Source: Litorivicinus sp. (GTDB taxonomy: Bacteria > Pseudomonadota > Gammaproteobacteria > Pseudomonadales > Litorivicinaceae). From it: DNA of 64,000 bases. Made by a program: the position numbers and the translations under genes. The stretch spans positions 115,366-179,365 of the forward strand of contig JAOLBK010000002.1 of assembly GCA_028339155.1 (NCBI GenBank), written 5' to 3'. Under the pieces are notes generated by a model that was not told the origin of the DNA, made no database searches, and saw only the letters and a program-made list of their open reading frames with translations. Below, piece after piece: positions 59,584 through 64,000 of this stretch; position 1 is the first letter of the stretch; each line of letters opens with the position of its first letter.

Positions 59584-60548
59584 GCATGATTCGAATTTTG
59601 TCCGAGCGGACCGTCGAGGTATTAATGGCCGACGAGTTGGAGGCATCGTTTCGGGTATGTGCAGATGCGTATCGCTACTACGGAAAAGTTGGAGATGTGT
59701 CATCGAAGCCGAGCTCTTTATTTTTGGATTTGCCTGGGGCGAATACTAAACGATGTCGTTTAAAGGGCGCTCAGCAGGCTGACGAAGGTATTGCCGGGTT
59801 TCGACTGGCGAGTCCAGGTTCTTATTTTACCTGGGTTATTGATTCAGTGACGGGATCGCCAATCGGCTTGGTGGCAGAGAACTGGCTTCATCGCCGCCGC
59901 ACTGCAGTTACGGGTGCGCTTGTACTTTCTTGGCTTCGTCCTGATTTGAAAGTGATAGCACTGATTGGGGCTGGGAAAATTGGTCGTGAGTGTGCGCTTA
60001 TGTTGAGTTCAGCGTTTCCCAATGCAAAATTCATTCTTGGTGCACGTGATATCGGTCGTGGGCAGATATTTTCGGATTCGTTGGAAGGGCTAGTCGAACA
60101 ATTTACTGTGATGTCAATCGAGCAAGCTGTCCGCTGTGCGGATGCAGTGCTGACAATTACAAAAGCTGATCGATCTTTTATTGATGGTGATTGGCTAAAG
60201 AAGGGTGCGATTGCTTTATCGATGGGCGGTGTACCTGAGTTTGATTATAAAACCTGGTGTCGAGCAGATAGATTTTTTCTTGATGATATTGGGTATGCCA
60301 TGCAGCAGGGAGATTTGCATCATTGGGTGAAAAATGATGGCCTCAACGAGGAAGAGATCAAAAAAAAGTTGACGGCTACGGTTGGTGAACTCGCGCTAGA
60401 TTGCAAACAGCATGAGAACTCTCAGTCTAGCCTGACACTTCTAATTATTCAGGGAATGGCTGTATGCGATATTGCAATGGCGGGCCTGGCTTTAAGGTTG
60501 GCCGAGGCTCGGGGCATTGGGCAGTTAATTGATTTAAATGGTGATTGA
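59580..60548 (+). CDS. Ornithine cyclodeaminase/mu-crystallin family protein
   Basis: RRTAVTG, IGAGKIG, ADAVLTIT, QGMAVCDIAMA. Confidence 0.8.
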   Translation: MSMIRILSERTVEVLMADELEASFRVCADAYRYYGKVGDVSSKPSSLFLDLPGANTKRCRLKGAQQADEGIAGFRLASPGSYFTWVIDSVTGSPIGLVAENWLHRRRTAVTGALVLSWLRPDLKVIALIGAGKIGRECALMLSSAFPNAKFILGARDIGRGQIFSDSLEGLVEQFTVMSIEQAVRCADAVLTITKADRSFIDGDWLKKGAIALSMGGVPEFDYKTWCRADRFFLDDIGYAMQQGDLHHWVKNDGLNEEEIKKKLTATVGELALDCKQHENSQSSLTLLIIQGMAVCDIAMAGLALRLAEARGIGQLIDLNGD

Positions 60549-61391
60549 TCATGCGGCGAAGTTCTTTAATTGAGTTCTGTGAAGGAGTCGTCTGCTTTGC
60601 GGATCAAATCCATCCCGACGATGAAGAACGTAATGATTTTGCCACATGAGTAGATCGCCTACTTGCCACTCATTGTGCCAAACCCACGTATTTTGTGTGG
60701 CATGTTCCCATAGCTTGTCGAGCAATGCATCGCTTTCAGAAACATCCATGCCAATGATATATGCATGTGGTCTTCTGCCGAGAAACAGTGCTTCCCGGCC
60801 CTGATTATCCTTGGTGATTAGTGGGTGCCTGGCGCCTGGAGTTTGTCTAGGGTCTGAAACCTCTTCGTACCCTTTTCTGATCATTCCAGCACTGTTATGG
60901 CCAGAATCATGGATCAGAACCTTTCCATTAATTGAATCCTTTAGTAAATCAGGAAGCGTTTTGTATGCTTCGAACATGTTGGCAAAGTAGGTGTGGCCTT
61001 GACCGAGGGGTATCTCAAGCGCATGCAAAATACCTCCGCTTGGAGGTTCATCAATATAGGTCATATCCGCATGCCAGACCGCTTCACCATCACCGAGATT
61101 GCCAAGCGGAATACCTTTGGTTGATTTAAGATTTGAGATTACATTAATTTCGGGGTACTTCGGAAGAAATGTTACTCCATAAGGGTTCGGACCTGGAGGA
61201 TCGAGTTCTCCAAAATACCCACTAAATCGAAGTAAATCATCGTCTGAAATCTTTTGCCCCCGAAATCGGAGTACTAAGTATTGATCCCATGCATTTCGAA
61301 TAGTTGAGATAATGGATGGGCTCAAGTCTTGAGTGAGGTCAATGTCCTCAATATCAGCTGCAATATGAGTGCTTAAAGCTTTTATTTTCAT
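60549..61391 (-). CDS. TauD/TfdA 2OG-dependent dioxygenase
   Basis: WHADMTY, WQVGDLLMW.N...LHRR, RLLHRT. Confidence 0.9.
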   Translation of the reverse strand: MKIKALSTHIAADIEDIDLTQDLSPSIISTIRNAWDQYLVLRFRGQKISDDDLLRFSGYFGELDPPGPNPYGVTFLPKYPEINVISNLKSTKGIPLGNLGDGEAVWHADMTYIDEPPSGGILHALEIPLGQGHTYFANMFEAYKTLPDLLKDSINGKVLIHDSGHNSAGMIRKGYEEVSDPRQTPGARHPLITKDNQGREALFLGRRPHAYIIGMDVSESDALLDKLWEHATQNTWVWHNEWQVGDLLMWQNHYVLHRRDGFDPQSRRLLHRTQLKNFAA

Positions 61392-61402
61392 AATCGTAAA
61401 TC

Positions 61403-62485
61403 CTATGCACTAAATAGTTCACTGCGAACTGTATGTTTCTGCAGCGTGTCAGTATTGGGTTGGGGAATATACCGCTCCGGAATGATCATATGTCCTCGGC
61501 TAAAACCAATTGAACTGCCTAACAGGCGTGATTCCTGTCTGATCTTTAAGCAACCGTTAAATTCACCGGCCCTCGCTAGGTGCCTGTGCGATACCACAGC
61601 CTCAAGGTAACAATTGATGTCTGAGCCAAGCCCATCTCCCAGTACTATTTCAAGGCCTTGCTCGTGCGCTCTCTTAATTGCTTGCTCAAGTGCGGTAATC
61701 GAGCCGAATCGCTTTAGCTTGACCTTGCAGAAGCCTACGCCGTACATGGCTGCTGCTCGATCAATATCGTCGAGCGAACAGATTGGTTCATCAAGCATAA
61801 TTGGCACAGGCGATACTTTTGCGACGTCGCCATTTCCTTTCCAATCGTTTGCATCGCAGGGCTGCTCAAAAAGTTCACAAATACTTGGGTCGAGCACCTC
61901 GCAAAACTCAATGGCGTCGCTAACAGAAAAAGCCCGATTCGCGTCTACACGGATAGTGCCTTTTCCAGCGATCAGGCGCTGAATAATTTCAACTCTTCGG
62001 CGATCACGTGGTGCGTCTGCACCTACTTTAATTTTGAGTGTTGTGTAGCCCTGGTTAAGCTTTTCTTGGAGTTCGGCTTCAATTTCTTTTTCGATAATCG
62101 CGGAAAATGCACTTAAGACAGGAAGATGGATTGATTCTGGAATCTGACATTGTTCGGGGAGTACTATTTGATCTAGAGCGTTTAGAAAGGCTGCTGCTGC
62201 TACTGGACTTTCGGCGCGCTTCAGTTGCAAACACTCGTAGGCTTGGTCAATTGGCTTGCCCACCACCGCTCTGGCTTGCGTTGCCAAAAAGTTCCAGCCG
62301 TCTTTTCTGGTTTCTGAACTCGATCCTGGTGAGGTGTGTTGCTCACCCCAGCGGACAGTCCCATCGTCTGTCTCAATGCACACTAAAAACGGCTCAAATG
62401 ATTCAAATATTTTATAGCTCAGTGCATATGGACGGATTAAAGGTAGATCGACATGGAACAATTGAATACTTTTGATAGCTTTCAT
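61403..62485 (-). CDS. Mandelate racemase/muconate lactonising enzyme (enolase superfamily)
   Basis: TLKIKVG, RVDANRA, FEQP, MLDEP, KVKLKRFG; ATG 62485 overlaps leuD-like stop. Confidence 0.85.
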   Translation of the reverse strand: MKAIKSIQLFHVDLPLIRPYALSYKIFESFEPFLVCIETDDGTVRWGEQHTSPGSSSETRKDGWNFLATQARAVVGKPIDQAYECLQLKRAESPVAAAAFLNALDQIVLPEQCQIPESIHLPVLSAFSAIIEKEIEAELQEKLNQGYTTLKIKVGADAPRDRRRVEIIQRLIAGKGTIRVDANRAFSVSDAIEFCEVLDPSICELFEQPCDANDWKGNGDVAKVSPVPIMLDEPICSLDDIDRAAAMYGVGFCKVKLKRFGSITALEQAIKRAHEQGLEIVLGDGLGSDINCYLEAVVSHRHLARAGEFNGCLKIRQESRLLGSSIGFSRGHMIIPERYIPQPNTDTLQKHTVRSELFSA

Positions 62486-63093
62486 GCTTGGGTCCATGGA
62501 AAAATTGCGCGATACGATTTCTCAAACATATCTATTTCTTTTGAGAATGTAAGCGAAAGATCGATTTCGTTCAGGCCTTGTATTAAGCACTGCTTTTGGA
62601 ATGTGTCGAGACGGAGGTTAAAAAGTATCCCGCTGCTCATCGTTAGTGTTTGTGATGGAATGTTGACGACCATTGTTAGATCATCGCTATCCGCCAGTGT
62701 CTGCTGAATTGATGCAATCTGCTCTTCTGAAAGGCAAGTGGCTAAAACGCCATTTTTGAGGCAGTTGGCGGCAAATATCTCACCAAAACTTGGCGCAATG
62801 ATGACGCGAAAACCAGCATCAAATAGGGCGTACACCGCACCCTCTCGAGAGGAACCTGATCCAAAATTTGCTCCGCCAATAAGTATTTTGGAGTTGTGAT
62901 ACCTCGTTTGATTTAGAGGAAAGCTATCTAACAAAGAGCCTTCTTTATTTCTGCGGATATCATGAAATAAGTATTGAGCGTATCCGACGCCCCGGGGCTT
63001 TTTGATGAACCTGGCTGGAAATAATTGATCCGTATTGACATTAGCGAGTCGAAGCGGAACCCCTGAGGCAGAAAAATGAACTAAAGGTTCCAT
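62482..63093 (-). CDS. leuD: Isopropylmalate dehydratase small subunit homologue
   Basis: NVNTDQLFPARF, NFGSGSSREGA, APSFGEIF..NC.KNG. Confidence 0.85.
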   Translation of the reverse strand: MEPLVHFSASGVPLRLANVNTDQLFPARFIKKPRGVGYAQYLFHDIRRNKEGSLLDSFPLNQTRYHNSKILIGGANFGSGSSREGAVYALFDAGFRVIIAPSFGEIFAANCLKNGVLATCLSEEQIASIQQTLADSDDLTMVVNIPSQTLTMSSGILFNLRLDTFQKQCLIQGLNEIDLSLTFSKEIDMFEKSYRAIFPWTQA

Positions 63094-63998
63094 GTATGAG
63101 CCTCCGGATATTGACTGACATCCTCAAATTGACCAGTGATTGCAGCTGCGGCAGCCATAGCAGGGCTTACTAAATGTGTACGACCCCCTTGTCCCTGGCG
63201 GCCTTCAAAGTTTCGATTGGAGGTGGAAGCTGCTCGCTGTCCAGGTGCGAGTTTGTCGCCATTAATGCCAACACACATAGAGCAGCCAGGAGCAAGCCAC
63301 TCTGCACCGGCCCGCTCAAAAATTTCGTGCAAACCCTCGGCTTCAGCGGCTCGCTTTACTTGCTGGGAACCAGGAACAATCATTGTTTCGATTCGACAAG
63401 TCTGATCAGCAAAAATGGCAGCTGCAGCTCTCAAATCCTCAATGCGACTATTGGTGCACGATCCGATAAATACTCTATCTGGTTTAATGGAGCGGATGGT
63501 TTGATTGGCATTTAACCCCATATAGTCCAGAGCGCGTTGCATGCGCACCTGTTTTTCAATATTCACCTCCTGCAAAGGGTCGGGTACTGAACCACTAACG
63601 TCGGCAACCATTTCCGGATTGGTGCCCCATGTTACTTGAGGCTGTATGGTCGCCGCGTTGAGTTCAAGTGAGAGGTCAAAACTACATCCTGGGTCAGATT
63701 TTAGCGTTTGCCAATATTTTTTGGCCAGTTCAAATGACTCTCCTTTTGGAGCCATTGGTTTGCCTTGAATATAATCGATTACCCGCTGGTTGGGCGCCAT
63801 TAAGCCCGCTCGTGCACCGGCTTCGATCGACATATTGCAGACGGTCATTCGCGCCTCTACTGACATCGAGTCAATGGTACTGCCAGCGTACTCAACTGCG
63901 TAGCCTACGGCGCCTCCACTGCCTATCGCTTTAATCAATTTTAGGACAATATCTTTGCTTGATACCCCGGCTCGCCGGGTTCCGTTGACAAGAACGTG
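63081..63998 (-). CDS. leuC: Isopropylmalate dehydratase large subunit homologue, 5'-truncated by window edge
   Basis: RMTVCNMSIEAGA, FIGSCTNSRIEDLR, PGCSMC, STSNRNFEGRQG; frame open to window end. Confidence 0.88.
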   Translation of the reverse strand, partial: HVLVNGTRRAGVSSKDIVLKLIKAIGSGGAVGYAVEYAGSTIDSMSVEARMTVCNMSIEAGARAGLMAPNQRVIDYIQGKPMAPKGESFELAKKYWQTLKSDPGCSFDLSLELNAATIQPQVTWGTNPEMVADVSGSVPDPLQEVNIEKQVRMQRALDYMGLNANQTIRSIKPDRVFIGSCTNSRIEDLRAAAAIFADQTCRIETMIVPGSQQVKRAAEAEGLHEIFERAGAEWLAPGCSMCVGINGDKLAPGQRAASTSNRNFEGRQGQGGRTHLVSPAMAAAAAITGQFEDVSQYPEAHTWNL

Positions 63999-64000
63999 AA

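Overview
Bacterial chromosomal window, probably from a marine proteobacterium (inferred from gene content, not established). 1-26.6 kb is a flagellar/surface island: partial fliD, flaG, a giant flagellin (~858 aa), an FlmG-like TPR-glycosyltransferase, and a pseudaminic acid cluster (pseB, pseC, methyltransferase, pseI, pseF, two GNAT-like genes; no pseG seen). It continues with two paralogous ~820-aa proteins in which a serralysin-type (M10) zinc metalloprotease with RTX repeats sits between degenerate flagellin N- and C-terminal segments, a passenger-less inverse-autotransporter barrel followed by a 1514-aa Ig/cadherin-repeat protein, and an aminotransferase homologue lacking the PLP lysine. 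Six transcription units here carry sigma-28 (FliA)-type promoters, and the pse operon has a sigma-54 promoter with a FleQ-like box. 27-35.6 kb holds a DctPQM TRAP transporter, small genes, and a divergent pair of a voltage-gated (BacNav-type, TLDSW filter) channel and a pentameric ligand-gated channel. 35.7-46.3 kb is the NtrC/sigma-54 urtABCDE-ureDABCEFG locus. 46.4-50.5 kb is a set of small accessory genes ending at tRNA-Ile(CAT). 50.7-64 kb is a GntR-associated TTT-transporter/organic-acid catabolic cluster of unknown substrate. The best candidate for an undescribed system is the sigma-28-controlled pair of flagellin-serralysin fusion proteins. All calls are by-eye motif recognition; no searches were run.
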